DNA of 61,702 bases. Origin: Bacteroidales bacterium (GTDB lineage Bacteria; Bacteroidota; Bacteroidia; Bacteroidales; WCHB1-69). Positions 9,960 to 20,154 of this stretch are shown in pieces. A program made the translations under genes and the position numbers. The first letter of the stretch is position 1; every line of letters starts with the position of its first letter. The stretch is from positions 1-61,702 of the forward strand of contig JAZRYC010000159.1 of assembly GCA_045600525.1 (NCBI GenBank). The letters run 5' to 3'. Below the pieces are notes generated by a model. The model saw nothing but the letters and a program-made list of their open reading frames with translations, searched no databases and was not told the DNA's origin.

Positions 9960-12900
9960 TTAGTCGATATTATAAAAATAATTATTGGCTTTTTCCTTAT
10001 AATAGTAATTCAAATTAGCAGGAACAGATTTCAGCATCTCATTCTGCTGAGTCTTTTCTCTATCAAATTCCCATTCTTTCGGAGGATTCAAACGAGGGAT
10101 GTTTCTGGCCTCGTTAGCCTTTCTTTCTTCATCCTTTTCGCGCTCCAAATCCGCCCTCTCGCTCTTCAAAAGACGAGTGGTAATAGATTGCTGCCTATCG
10201 ATTGTTTGCTGCGTTATAGTACGATTTACGAGCTCTTTCTCCGTCTTTTTCATATCATTAATAAGCTGCTCTAAAGACTTATCCCCTACTCCATTCTCAG
10301 ATTTAAGCGCATTTTCATAGTCTTCCAACATTTTACGAATAGCCTCCTGCTGTGCCGCCATTTTCGCAAATTGTTCGCTCATCTGGCTTTGCTGTCCAGA
10401 TTGTCCCTGCTTTCCTTGCTGCTCCATCGACTTCTTAAGCGCCTGCATTTGCTTATTTAACTGCTGTTGAAGCTCTCTGGCAGATGTTTTCTGGCTTTTC
10501 TTTCCTTTTCCGCCAGGTTTACTGCACGAACCATTTCCAGACTTGTTACACTTACTCTTACATTCACTCTGCTTTTTCTGCATATCCTTCATGGATTCAC
10601 GCAGCATTAAAGCCAAATTATTCATAGATGTAATCACAAACTGCTGATCTTTTGCAGCATTAGTGAGCCGACGATCCTGTAAATCGGACTGAGAAGACGA
10701 AAGATAATCCTGAATCTTTGAAATTTCTCCTTGTATAAAAGGTTTTACAGCCATTTGACGACGTGCCAATGCAGATAAGGAATCTTCTACGATCTTCATA
10801 TCGTTCTGAACTTTATGCTGCTTAGACATAATATCAGAAACTTGTGCAGAACGTGGATTCGTCTTCTGAGTAATAGAAAGCACATCTTCCTGATTAAAGG
10901 AAATCTTGACTAAATTATCCAATATTTGGCGAATAGTTTCTATATCTTCAGACACATTTTCTAACTCGCTTTGATTGAAATCCTGCTCCATTTGGTTGGC
11001 CATCTGTTCAATATCATCTGCAGCCTGCTTTTGATTTTGCGAGGATTTAGGACGATTATTTTTCTCTAAATTACTCTTACTTTGGTCCAACTGCTGTTGG
11101 GCGTCTTTTTGTAATTGCTCCGTGCTTTTGAAATCGGTAGGTTCTTCTAATTCGCTATTGAGCTTCTTGAGTTCGTTTATCTCCTTTTGAAGTTGATTGT
11201 ATTTATCTTGCAGTTGTTGCTGTTTTTGCTGCAAATACTGCTTATTCGTATTTTTGTCATTGGTCTTTGCCGCATTTTCACGAAGATCATTGGAGAGGTT
11301 TCGAAGTTCCTGAACTGTTTCGTTTAATTTCTTTTCAACTTCCAACTGCTTGTACAACTGCAATTGCTGATCCAGACTTTTATTGATATCCTCCGTATTG
11401 GATTTAATTTTCTGCATCTCTTTCTGAACTTGATCTTTAGAAGGAGATTTCATCATTTCATGCAATTTCTGCATCATCTGTTTCATTTCATCTGAAAGCA
11501 CTTGATCCATACGTTGTTGCAGTTCCTTTTCTTTTTGAAGAATATTTTGGTCTATATCCTTGTATTGATTTTCAAGCATTTGCTTGTTTTGCTCGCTTTG
11601 CTTTAATTCGTTAATCTTATCCTGCAACTCCTTATACTGCTGCATAAGCTGTTCAAGTTTTTTCTTATCCTGCCATGAAAGATCCTTTTCCTGCATCATC
11701 TGCATTTGAAGTTTGTCAATATCCTTCATCAATTTAGCAGATTCTTCAATCAAATCATTATAGCCGGACTTTGTTTGTTCATCAGCCTTATCAAGATCTT
11801 TGTTGATTTCATCTAAAGTACGGACTCTGAATGTAATAGGTGATGTTTTACTGGACTTATGTCCATTCACACCATCATTATCAGATACTTTAAAATAATA
11901 TTCTATTTTTTCACCAGGGCCCAAAGAGAACGTATTTACATCAAAGTAATAATAGAAATCCTGAACCGTCATATCGCTGGAAATATTGATACGTACACTC
12001 TTATTGGATTCCAATAATTTTCCGTCAGAATCATATTTGCTATAGACAAACAAAAGATCTGAAAAACCATAATCATCCTTAATATTGCCCTTAAAATAAT
12101 AACGATCAGGATATAGTGAATCCTGCTGAGACTGTACAAATATTTCGGGATACATGTCTTTTATAACATTTATCTCATCTGTCAGCGTATCCGTGCTGGT
12201 AAAATATTTGTTTTTATTAAAAATTGAATACGTAAATGACGTTTTGGCAATTACATTGATAATGTAATTGTCTTCAGAAGAAGAATATATCTTCTCATGA
12301 TCATTGAAAATAAAAATAAGGTTTTCAGAATTCTTAGTATAAAACTTCCACGTGATCTTAGTACCCTCTGGAACCGTTAAATTACTGACATTCTTTATAA
12401 TGTCGTCAGGTTGATGCAAATAAGCAGGATAATGCAGTTCTACAGTGTATCCAAGGGTCACAGGTTTTGGCAAAACCTTAATTGTATACAATTGCGATTG
12501 AACTTCGTCGGTAAAAAATTGAAAGTCTGTATTTTGCTGCATATTGGAAAAAGTATAGGAAAATTCCGTATTAGAAATCTTCTTACACTTAAAACTCCTA
12601 TCATTATATTTTACAAAAACTTCGTTTGGCACCTCTTCCCCATGTATTTTCACATTAACGGTGAAATCATCATGTTGAAAAGCCATAAGTTTATTGTTAG
12701 CTATTTCAAAACTATAAGGTGCCGGTTTTTCATACACTTGCGTATGATGAACGATACGCTTGGTTGGTTCCGTGAAAAACTCACTTCGTATGGAAAACAG
12801 TAAAATGAAAATAACAACGGGAATCAATGCCCATCGTAAAAAACGTTTAGTCTTATTAACCGGAACAGCTTGAACAAAAGAATAGGTTTTAAAAGAATCT

Positions 12901-13322
12901 ATTTTAGAATCAATAGCAGCGGAAAGAAGTTCAAAACTTTTGAATTCACCTTCATCCATCTGTTTTTGCAATTCAAACAAATTCAATAATTTATCATCAA
13001 TTTCATTGAAATGTTTACCTATAATGGAGGCAATTTCCTTATTAGAAAGCTGCTTTCCCAGTCCACACAATTTAAAGAGAGGAATGATAATATAGATGAC
13101 AAGATTAAGCAGAAATAAAGCAATAAAACCATAAAACAAAATGGAACGAATGGTTGTATTGGCATAGGAAAAATACTCAAATAGGGAAAAAACAATGAAA
13201 GTAGAAAGCAGGATGATTACAAAAAAAGCAATCCCCTTGTACAATTCGTTGAGATAATATTTCTTAACAAACTGACGGATTTTATCATTTAATATCTGCC
13301 TATTGGATGAGTTCATCGGCAT
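9960..13322 (-). CDS. DUF4175-family membrane-anchored coiled-coil protein
   Basis: N-terminal transmembrane helices, IKDDYGFS and VSDNDGVNGHKSSK motifs, long Q/K-rich coiled coil. Confidence 0.8.
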   Translation of the reverse strand: MPMNSSNRQILNDKIRQFVKKYYLNELYKGIAFFVIILLSTFIVFSLFEYFSYANTTIRSILFYGFIALFLLNLVIYIIIPLFKLCGLGKQLSNKEIASIIGKHFNEIDDKLLNLFELQKQMDEGEFKSFELLSAAIDSKIDSFKTYSFVQAVPVNKTKRFLRWALIPVVIFILLFSIRSEFFTEPTKRIVHHTQVYEKPAPYSFEIANNKLMAFQHDDFTVNVKIHGEEVPNEVFVKYNDRSFKCKKISNTEFSYTFSNMQQNTDFQFFTDEVQSQLYTIKVLPKPVTLGYTVELHYPAYLHQPDDIIKNVSNLTVPEGTKITWKFYTKNSENLIFIFNDHEKIYSSSEDNYIINVIAKTSFTYSIFNKNKYFTSTDTLTDEINVIKDMYPEIFVQSQQDSLYPDRYYFKGNIKDDYGFSDLLFVYSKYDSDGKLLESNKSVRINISSDMTVQDFYYYFDVNTFSLGPGEKIEYYFKVSDNDGVNGHKSSKTSPITFRVRTLDEINKDLDKADEQTKSGYNDLIEESAKLMKDIDKLQMQMMQEKDLSWQDKKKLEQLMQQYKELQDKINELKQSEQNKQMLENQYKDIDQNILQKEKELQQRMDQVLSDEMKQMMQKLHEMMKSPSKDQVQKEMQKIKSNTEDINKSLDQQLQLYKQLEVEKKLNETVQELRNLSNDLRENAAKTNDKNTNKQYLQQKQQQLQDKYNQLQKEINELKKLNSELEEPTDFKSTEQLQKDAQQQLDQSKSNLEKNNRPKSSQNQKQAADDIEQMANQMEQDFNQSELENVSEDIETIRQILDNLVKISFNQEDVLSITQKTNPRSAQVSDIMSKQHKVQNDMKIVEDSLSALARRQMAVKPFIQGEISKIQDYLSSSQSDLQDRRLTNAAKDQQFVITSMNNLALMLRESMKDMQKKQSECKSKCNKSGNGSCSKPGGKGKKSQKTSARELQQQLNKQMQALKKSMEQQGKQGQSGQQSQMSEQFAKMAAQQEAIRKMLEDYENALKSENGVGDKSLEQLINDMKKTEKELVNRTITQQTIDRQQSITTRLLKSERADLEREKDEERKANEARNIPRLNPPKEWEFDREKTQQNEMLKSVPANLNYYYKEKANNYFYNID

Positions 13323-14409
13323 TACCGGGATTTGACTGCGTTATATTGAAAAACTGATCCTTTATACGACTAAAATAATTCAACAGTATTCTATTTTTTC
13401 CAAACATTGCTCTAACAAGGAAATATTTGAGAAAAGGAGAATTATACTTATTCATCTTTACTCTTTTGGATAAAGTTTTAAATACGAATTTATCCTTGGA
13501 GTTGCTTTTGTTATCAACTGACGTCTGCATTTCATATATAAGCAGATCGGTAAGCGGAATATTCACAGGACATACACATTGGCAGTTTCCGCACAAAGTA
13601 GTCTGTCTAAAAATAGCTTGCGACTTATTATATCTATCGATGCAATTATTTTTCACAATAGAAATAGGATCCATACCGCCATTCTTCACAACAGGACAAA
13701 CCTTGGCGCAGCGACCGCAATGAACACAATATACTGACTGCCTCAAAAAAGAATCTTGTAAATACTCCGAAACATGGTTTTCATACAATAAAACCGTTAT
13801 TTTCACCTCTTCTCTTGAAAAACCTGCGGAATCTGAAGAAATAAAGGCATCATTTATAATTTTAAAAAAAGGCTTCTGGATAATTTTAACATCTGAAAAA
13901 GATCCACATTTTTCCTTATTCAACTGCTTCAAAGAAACAAAAAGAGATATATCCTTTTGTTCTACAATCATTTGATCAATATTCAGGACAACAATGAGAT
14001 TGCTTATGCTATTGAAACAGTCTTTAGATTCCTTGTCAATGAAAACGAGTGATCCATTCTCCACGACAGCAAAATCTGCATCTACAACCAGCGTGTCTGC
14101 CTCATCATAATGATTTTGGATATTAGACAAGGGGACAGTAGTAACCAAGGGAGTATTATTTGCCAGAACTTCAGGGACATTAGGCAGATCAAAACATACC
14201 TTGTTATAAGATTTGTTGGGAAGAAGTTCAATAATGGAGTCTATGAGTTGTTGTTCATTTTGCACCCATTTGACGCCTATATCATGGGCATTTGCCTGAT
14301 TTTCAAATTTAAGCAAATGCTTATCCATATCTTCAATAAAATTATGTCGAAGATAATAGGCTTTTTCACGAAGTGCCTGAAAATCAGTAAATGTTCCCCA
14401 TGCATTCAT
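13300..14409 (-). CDS. LUD-domain/4Fe-4S protein, divergent LutB/LldF-like
   Basis: ADFAVVENGSLV (LUD-like); CVHCGRCAKVCP and LCGNCQCVCPVNIPL. Confidence 0.7.
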   Translation of the reverse strand: MNAWGTFTDFQALREKAYYLRHNFIEDMDKHLLKFENQANAHDIGVKWVQNEQQLIDSIIELLPNKSYNKVCFDLPNVPEVLANNTPLVTTVPLSNIQNHYDEADTLVVDADFAVVENGSLVFIDKESKDCFNSISNLIVVLNIDQMIVEQKDISLFVSLKQLNKEKCGSFSDVKIIQKPFFKIINDAFISSDSAGFSREEVKITVLLYENHVSEYLQDSFLRQSVYCVHCGRCAKVCPVVKNGGMDPISIVKNNCIDRYNKSQAIFRQTTLCGNCQCVCPVNIPLTDLLIYEMQTSVDNKSNSKDKFVFKTLSKRVKMNKYNSPFLKYFLVRAMFGKNRILLNYFSRIKDQFFNITQSNPGNADELIQ

Positions 14410-14412
14410 GGT

Positions 14413-14838
14413 CTAAAGGTTTATTTTCTCAATTCGTCTTTGATGTCTTCCTCCTTCAAAATCAGTTTTGAAAAAAGTATCAACGATAGAGAAGGCTGTT
14501 TCTTCTGAAATAAATCTTGCGGGAAGAACAAGAATATTGGCGTTATTATGTTGTCTGGCCAAAGCGGCAATTTCCGCAGACCAGCAAAGTCCCGCCCGAA
14601 CGTTCTGATGCTTATTTGCCGTCATCGTCATACCGTTTCCTGTTCCGCAAATCAATATTCCGAATTGGTTCGGATCTTTGGATACTTGTTCGGAAAGAGG
14701 GTGTGCAAAATCAGGATAGTCCACGCTATCAGCAGAATGTGTGCCAACATCTTCAAACTGAAAAAGGTTACTGAACTGTGTTTTGATTTTTTCCTTCAAT
14801 TCATATCCGGCATGATCGGATGCAATAAAAACTTTCAT
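14413..14838 (-). CDS. rpiB: Ribose-5-phosphate isomerase B
   Basis: ASDHAG, SVDYPD, ILICGTGNG, ARQHNNAN, FEGGRHQRR. Confidence 0.97.
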   Translation of the reverse strand: MKVFIASDHAGYELKEKIKTQFSNLFQFEDVGTHSADSVDYPDFAHPLSEQVSKDPNQFGILICGTGNGMTMTANKHQNVRAGLCWSAEIAALARQHNNANILVLPARFISEETAFSIVDTFFKTDFEGGRHQRRIEKINL

Positions 14839-15330
14839 ATTACGTTACTTATATAAGACTCGCAAAAATACAATTTTTTTGGTATCCCTTTTGACCATTA
14901 TCTATAATCCCTTAAAGACTTATTTTAGACTATATGAATTATATTGCTGTTGAAGTCGTGGATAAAAAAAGCGGAATCCTATTGCAAATGTGACTTATTA
15001 AAAGAAATGAACATATTTTCAACAGAATATTAATTTGTAATAAATTATATTTCAAAGAGTTGATTTTTTTCTGTGAATATAAAAATAAAGGTTGTGTTTA
15101 TATTTTCAGAGCGGCAGATGTGAAAAAAAGAGGTTGAAAAGAGACAATTTTTGGGCATAAAAATACTTTTCAAAATTTTTAAACAGAATTATCAAGTTGT
15201 AACTTCCATTATTTTGATAAAAACACCGTTTATTAACAATTGAAAGTTAGTAAAACGATAACTTTCTGAATATTTGTCAGTAATCTTTTTTCGTTAGTAA
15301 GAATTTGGTGTAAACTTTGTAAATCGTATT
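14839..15330. other. Candidate chromosomal replication origin (oriC)
   Basis: About 490 bp of AT-rich divergent intergenic DNA. DnaA-box-like 9-mers: TTATCCACG (rc 14957-14965), TTTTCAACA (15016-15024), TTTTTCACA (rc 15119-15127), TTTTCAACC (rc 15132-15140), TTATTAACA (15230-15238). Gene orientation switches here. Confidence 0.5.
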
Positions 15331-15339
15331 TTTGTGCCG

Positions 15340-16146
15340 ATGAAAAGATGTGTCTTTTTTTTATTACTATTATGTATCGTACTGACTGCTAATGCACAAA
15401 GACGTTCTTATACGGCAAAAGTATTTGATGGAATTACCTTTCAGCCTTTGTCAGGAGCCAGCGTATACAATGCCAATACGCATAAATTTTCTTTTTCCGA
15501 TAAAGATGGAAAGTTTACCATTAACCTTGCCTTAAACGATACTTTGGTAATTTCTAAATCCATTTATAGGCAATTGGTGGTAGTTGTCAACGAGAAAATA
15601 CTGAAAGGATATGAGGATTTCTTTTTGTATTACAAAGCCACCATGTTGAAGGAGGTGAGAATTATAGCTTTAAATCCTTCTTATGAAGGATTTAAGAAGG
15701 ACATTGTGAACATTCGTCTGCCGGAATATTATGAAAGGGCGCACGATACTCAGCTTTCTGATTTTGAAAAGGCGAATGCCACATATGAAAAAAGTGGGAA
15801 TCTGCTTTCCTTAGGAGGTAAAATGACCACCTCCCCTATTTCCTATCTTTATGATAAATATAGTCATAAATCAAAGATGAAGCAACTTTACAATGAGATG
15901 GTTTCATACGAGGAGGAAGTGGAAAGAGTACAAGACAAATACAATCGGGAAATTGTACAAACGCTTACAGGTTTGTCTGATGATGAATTGATTGATTTTA
16001 TGATGTTTTGTAGATTCAGTTATTATGATTTAGTAAGATGGAGTGACGAACAGATTCGTGCTCAAATAAAGAATAAATTTTTTGATTATCAATATAATAA
16101 GATGATAGATGAAGGATATAAACCGCTTCATAAAAAGAAATTTTAA
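15340..16146 (+). CDS. Exported protein with a carboxypeptidase-regulatory-like N-terminal domain
   Basis: Signal peptide, then KVFDGITFQPLSGASV...SDKDGKFTI and a SPISYLYD motif. A -7 box TATTTTTG lies at 15327-15334. Confidence 0.7.
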   Translation: MKRCVFFLLLLCIVLTANAQRRSYTAKVFDGITFQPLSGASVYNANTHKFSFSDKDGKFTINLALNDTLVISKSIYRQLVVVVNEKILKGYEDFFLYYKATMLKEVRIIALNPSYEGFKKDIVNIRLPEYYERAHDTQLSDFEKANATYEKSGNLLSLGGKMTTSPISYLYDKYSHKSKMKQLYNEMVSYEEEVERVQDKYNREIVQTLTGLSDDELIDFMMFCRFSYYDLVRWSDEQIRAQIKNKFFDYQYNKMIDEGYKPLHKKKF

Positions 16147-16345
16147 CATATATCATATTATTGGTATTGTTTTCGGAACAACCTTTAGTATGATATATTG
16201 GATAAAAGTAGGGAGATTTTCCGATAATTTTCTCAAAAGCAGTCCCATATTAATGACAATATGGGGTATTTTATTGGGGTATATCACTTTTGACTTGGTT
16301 TTTAACGCGAAAGAGAGAAAAGATAAACAAGAAAGTGAAAAATAA
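16109..16345 (+). CDS. Small two-helix membrane protein (DUF6132-like)
   Basis: Two hydrophobic helices, YWIKVG and SSPILMTIWGILLG; overlaps the upstream stop. Confidence 0.55.
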   Translation: MKDINRFIKRNFNIYHIIGIVFGTTFSMIYWIKVGRFSDNFLKSSPILMTIWGILLGYITFDLVFNAKERKDKQESEK

Positions 16346-16399
16346 TTATTTTTGCGCTCTTTAATTTATAGGATATATATTCACTTAAAAATATTAAAT

Positions 16400-18064
16400 A
16401 TGACAGAAAAACTACAAACTTTACGAGACAGTGCTGCCATTAGATGGAAAGCATTATTATTGTTGGCGATGGCTATGTTCTGCGCCTACATTTACATGGA
16501 CAACCTCTCCCCTATCAAGGACCTGATGATGTCACAACGTGGTTGGGATTCCACGGCTTTTGGTACCATGCAGGGTGCGGAGACCTTTTTAAATGTCTTT
16601 GTATTCTTCTTAATTTTTGCCGGTATCATTTTGGATAAGATGGGTGTTCGTTTTACTGCCATTCTTTCCGGCGCCGTCATGTTGTTTGGTGCGCTCATTG
16701 AATATTATGCAATATCCAACGCATTTATTGGTAGTGGTTTAGAAACTTGGTTTACTAATCATTTTAATTATGTTCCCGGTTTTGACGAATTAGGTGTTTC
16801 ACCTTTCTATGAGGGAATGCCTGCTTCCGCAAAGGTTGCCGCCATTGGTTTTATGTTCTTTGGTTGTGGTGCTGAAATGGGAGGTATCACGGTTTCTCGT
16901 GGTATCGTAAAATGGTTCAAAGGTCGTGAAACGGCATTGGCCATGGGTTCTGAAATGGCATTGGCTCGTTTGGGCGTTGCCACCTGTATGATTTTCTCAC
17001 CGTTCTTTGCAAAACTCGGTGGTAATATTGATGTTTCCCGTTCTGTAGCATTCGGTGTGATTTTGCTTTGTATTGCACTCATCATGTTTGTGGTTTATTT
17101 CTTTATGGATAAGAAACTGGATGCCCAGACTGGTGAAGCTGAAGAAAAAGATGATCCATTCAAGATTTCCGATATTGGCAAAATCCTCTCTTCCGGTGGA
17201 TTCTGGTTGGTGGCTTTACTTTGTGTGCTTTATTATTCCGCAATTTTCCCGTTCCAAAAATATGCAGTCAATATGCTTCAATGCAATTTGACTTTGACAG
17301 AACCCGAGGCTGGTTCCTTCTGGGCTGGAAATAGTGTAACAATTATTCAATATATCATCATGCTTCTGGTGGCTGTGGGTTCTTTCGCCAGCAATTTTGC
17401 CAAGAAGAAACCTGCTAAAATTGGTTTGATGGCCATGGCTGTCGTAGCACTTGTTATTTATTGCTGCATGGGCTATATGCGTGGTACGGCTGAAACCATC
17501 TTCGCTGTGTTCCCGTTATTGGCTGTTGCCATTACTCCTATTTTGGGCAACTATGTTGATCACAAAGGTAAAGCTGCTTCTATGTTGATGATCGGTTCAT
17601 TGTTGTTAATAATCTGCCACTTGACATTCGCCTTCATTCTGCCGCTCTTCAAGGGCAGTGCCATTGGTGGTGTTGTGGTTGCCTATATTACCATTTTGGT
17701 TTTGGGAGCCTCCTTCTCTTTGGTTCCTGCCGCTTTGTGGCCTTCTGTTCCAAAGTTGGTGGACGAAAAAATCATTGGTTCCGCATACGCACTGATTTTC
17801 TGGATTCAGAATATCGGTTTGTGGCTGTTCCCGTTGTTGATTGGTAAGGTTTTGGACAAAACCAATATGGACATCGTCAATGCCGTCAAGGAAGGTACGA
17901 TGGATTCAGAGGTGGCCGCTGTTTCCTTTGATTATACCTGGCCGCTCGTCATGTTGGCATGCCTTGGCGTTGCCGCTTTAATTCTTGGTATCGTTCTCAA
18001 GAGTGTTGATAAGAAGAAAGGTCTCGGTCTTGAATTACCGAACATTGTTCCTACGGAAGAATAA
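16400..18064 (+). CDS. Major facilitator superfamily transporter
   Basis: GIILDKMGVR motif A, WFKGRETALA, more than 12 transmembrane segments. Likely start MTEK at 16400. Confidence 0.9.
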   Translation: MTEKLQTLRDSAAIRWKALLLLAMAMFCAYIYMDNLSPIKDLMMSQRGWDSTAFGTMQGAETFLNVFVFFLIFAGIILDKMGVRFTAILSGAVMLFGALIEYYAISNAFIGSGLETWFTNHFNYVPGFDELGVSPFYEGMPASAKVAAIGFMFFGCGAEMGGITVSRGIVKWFKGRETALAMGSEMALARLGVATCMIFSPFFAKLGGNIDVSRSVAFGVILLCIALIMFVVYFFMDKKLDAQTGEAEEKDDPFKISDIGKILSSGGFWLVALLCVLYYSAIFPFQKYAVNMLQCNLTLTEPEAGSFWAGNSVTIIQYIIMLLVAVGSFASNFAKKKPAKIGLMAMAVVALVIYCCMGYMRGTAETIFAVFPLLAVAITPILGNYVDHKGKAASMLMIGSLLLIICHLTFAFILPLFKGSAIGGVVVAYITILVLGASFSLVPAALWPSVPKLVDEKIIGSAYALIFWIQNIGLWLFPLLIGKVLDKTNMDIVNAVKEGTMDSEVAAVSFDYTWPLVMLACLGVAALILGIVLKSVDKKKGLGLELPNIVPTEE

Positions 18065-18088
18065 TCAACGCGATTAAGTCAAATTTAT

Positions 18089-18116
18089 AGCCCGAGGGCC
18101 GTCCTCGGGCTTTTTT
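18089..18116 (+). terminator. Intrinsic terminator
   Basis: AGCCCGAGG-GCCGT-CCTCGGGCT followed by TTTTT. Confidence 0.85.
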
Positions 18117-18142
18117 AATTATTTTAACATTAACATAAAAGG

Positions 18143-19141
18143 ATGAATAGAAAATACGCTGTTACGATTATTGTTGTTCTGTCGGTTTTGCTTTTGGGAT
18201 CACTTTGTGGAACGGTAGGGTATGCCATTGCGCAGAAAAACGAGCAATCAACACAAAAACCCAATTACTATGCCAATACCATCACTTCTCCCTATATTCC
18301 TGAAAAACTGAATTTTGCGGGAGAAGAAGTTCCTGTGGATGTATATTGGGTGCGCGAAGCACTGGATCGGGAACTCATCGTGAACTGTTATCAGCACTCA
18401 AAGACACTGCGTATTTTCAAACTTTCGGCGAGACTTTTTCCCACGATTGAAAAAATATTAAAAGAAGAAGGTGTACCCGACGATTTCAAATATCTCTGTG
18501 TGGCAGAAAGTGGTTTGGAAAATGTAACGTCACCGGCTTCCGCCGGAGGTTATTGGCAGTTTATGCCGTCCACGGCCAAAGGTTTTGGATTAGAGGTTAC
18601 AGACGACATAGACGAGCGCTGCAATCTTGAAAAATCAACACGAGCCGCCTGTCGGTATCTTAAAAATTGTAAAAATCAATTTGGCAGTTGGACAATGGCC
18701 GCAGCTGCCTATAATAGGGGAGAGGGTGGTTTGAAAAAGGCTGTAGATCACCAAGAATGTTCCAATTATTGGGATTTATGGCTGAATAGCGAAACAGCAA
18801 GATACGTCTATAGAATTCTGGCCTTTAAACTGATGTTTGATAATCCTCAAAAGTACGGCGTCAATATTTGTCCGGCAGAAATGTACCAGCCTATACCTTG
18901 TCGTGACTATCAGACAACCGTTTCCATTCCCGATCTTGTTAAATTTGCCAAAGACCATAATGTTACTTATCGTGAAATACGCGAATTGAATCCTTGGATT
19001 AAAAACACCAAACTAACCGTTGCTTCCGGAAAAACCTATACTTTGAAATTACCCGTTAATTCCAAAGACGGATATAAAACATTATTTCAAAATTGCAAGA
19101 ACCCCTACCTTGTTATCGGAAAGGATACGACGGGAATATAA
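18143..19141 (+). CDS. Lytic transglycosylase (SLT/MltD-like)
   Basis: VAESGL (catalytic Glu), AGGYWQFM, AAAYNRGEG, LysM-like ELNPWI. Confidence 0.9.
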   Translation: MNRKYAVTIIVVLSVLLLGSLCGTVGYAIAQKNEQSTQKPNYYANTITSPYIPEKLNFAGEEVPVDVYWVREALDRELIVNCYQHSKTLRIFKLSARLFPTIEKILKEEGVPDDFKYLCVAESGLENVTSPASAGGYWQFMPSTAKGFGLEVTDDIDERCNLEKSTRAACRYLKNCKNQFGSWTMAAAAYNRGEGGLKKAVDHQECSNYWDLWLNSETARYVYRILAFKLMFDNPQKYGVNICPAEMYQPIPCRDYQTTVSIPDLVKFAKDHNVTYREIRELNPWIKNTKLTVASGKTYTLKLPVNSKDGYKTLFQNCKNPYLVIGKDTTGI

Positions 19142-19174
19142 GTCATCCGAATTTCGTACTTTTGCGCCGCTTAA

Positions 19175-20146
19175 ATGATAGATAAAATGAATACATTAGA
19201 ACAGGAATTTGCGACCGTTTTAGAAAATAAGAACCCCAAAAACCTTTATGATCCCATTTCCTATATTTTGATGCAGTCTGGAAAAAGACTACGTCCTCAA
19301 CTGGTTCATATGGCGGTGGATCTTTTTGGAGGTGATGCCGAACAAGCACAATATATAGCCATGGCTTTTGAAATGCTTCATAATTTCACGTTGATTCACG
19401 ATGACATTATGGATGTGGCACCTCTTCGCAGAGGAAAGGAAACCGTTTATAAGAAATGGAACAGCAATATTGCCATTTTATCAGGAGACGCTTTGGCCAT
19501 CATGGCTTTTCAGCAATTGCTACGACTGGATTGTGAAAAGCAGATTATCTTGGATATTGCGGATGTTTTTGCCAAAACCTCTTTGGAAATCTGCGAGGGC
19601 CAGCAGTTTGACCTTGATTTTGAAAAACAGGAGGACGTTTCAATTGATGAATACTTGAACATGATTCGTTTGAAAACAGCAGTCATGTTTGCCGGTTGTT
19701 TGAAGTCGGGTGCCATCTTTTCGTGTGCAGACGAGGAAAGTCAGCAAGCATTGTATGACTTGGGTATTGACCTAGGTATGGCCTTCCAACTAACCGACGA
19801 TGTTCTTGATGTATATGCGGATGTGGCCGCATTTGGTAAGACAATAGGTGGCGATATTCGTGACAACAAGAAAACGTATCTTTATTTGAAGGCGTTAGAT
19901 TTGGCCAATAATGAGCAAAAAGAAACATTAACTTCATTATTTGCCAAACCAACAGAGAATTTTGATGAAAAATACCATATTGTCAGGGGCATATTCGATG
20001 ATTTGGAAATAAAATCTACTACAGAAAAAGAAATTATGCGTTATATTGAGCGCAGTCTGGATGATTTGAACCGTGTTCATGTATCTGAAGATAAAAAATC
20101 GGTTCTTAAAAACTTGATATTAAGTTTAGTGCATAGAGAGAAATAA
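19175..20146 (+). CDS. Short-chain polyprenyl diphosphate synthase (FPP/GGPP synthase)
   Basis: GKRLRP, FTLIHDDIMD (Phe five residues before the first DDxxD), GQQFD, FQLTDDVLD. Confidence 0.9.
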   Translation: MIDKMNTLEQEFATVLENKNPKNLYDPISYILMQSGKRLRPQLVHMAVDLFGGDAEQAQYIAMAFEMLHNFTLIHDDIMDVAPLRRGKETVYKKWNSNIAILSGDALAIMAFQQLLRLDCEKQIILDIADVFAKTSLEICEGQQFDLDFEKQEDVSIDEYLNMIRLKTAVMFAGCLKSGAIFSCADEESQQALYDLGIDLGMAFQLTDDVLDVYADVAAFGKTIGGDIRDNKKTYLYLKALDLANNEQKETLTSLFAKPTENFDEKYHIVRGIFDDLEIKSTTEKEIMRYIERSLDDLNRVHVSEDKKSVLKNLILSLVHREK

Positions 20147-20154
20147 ACATTGTC

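Noticed and set aside
12343-12360. Third parS candidate (TTCCACGTGA)
   Set aside because: The outer positions match the consensus poorly and it is probably a chance match.
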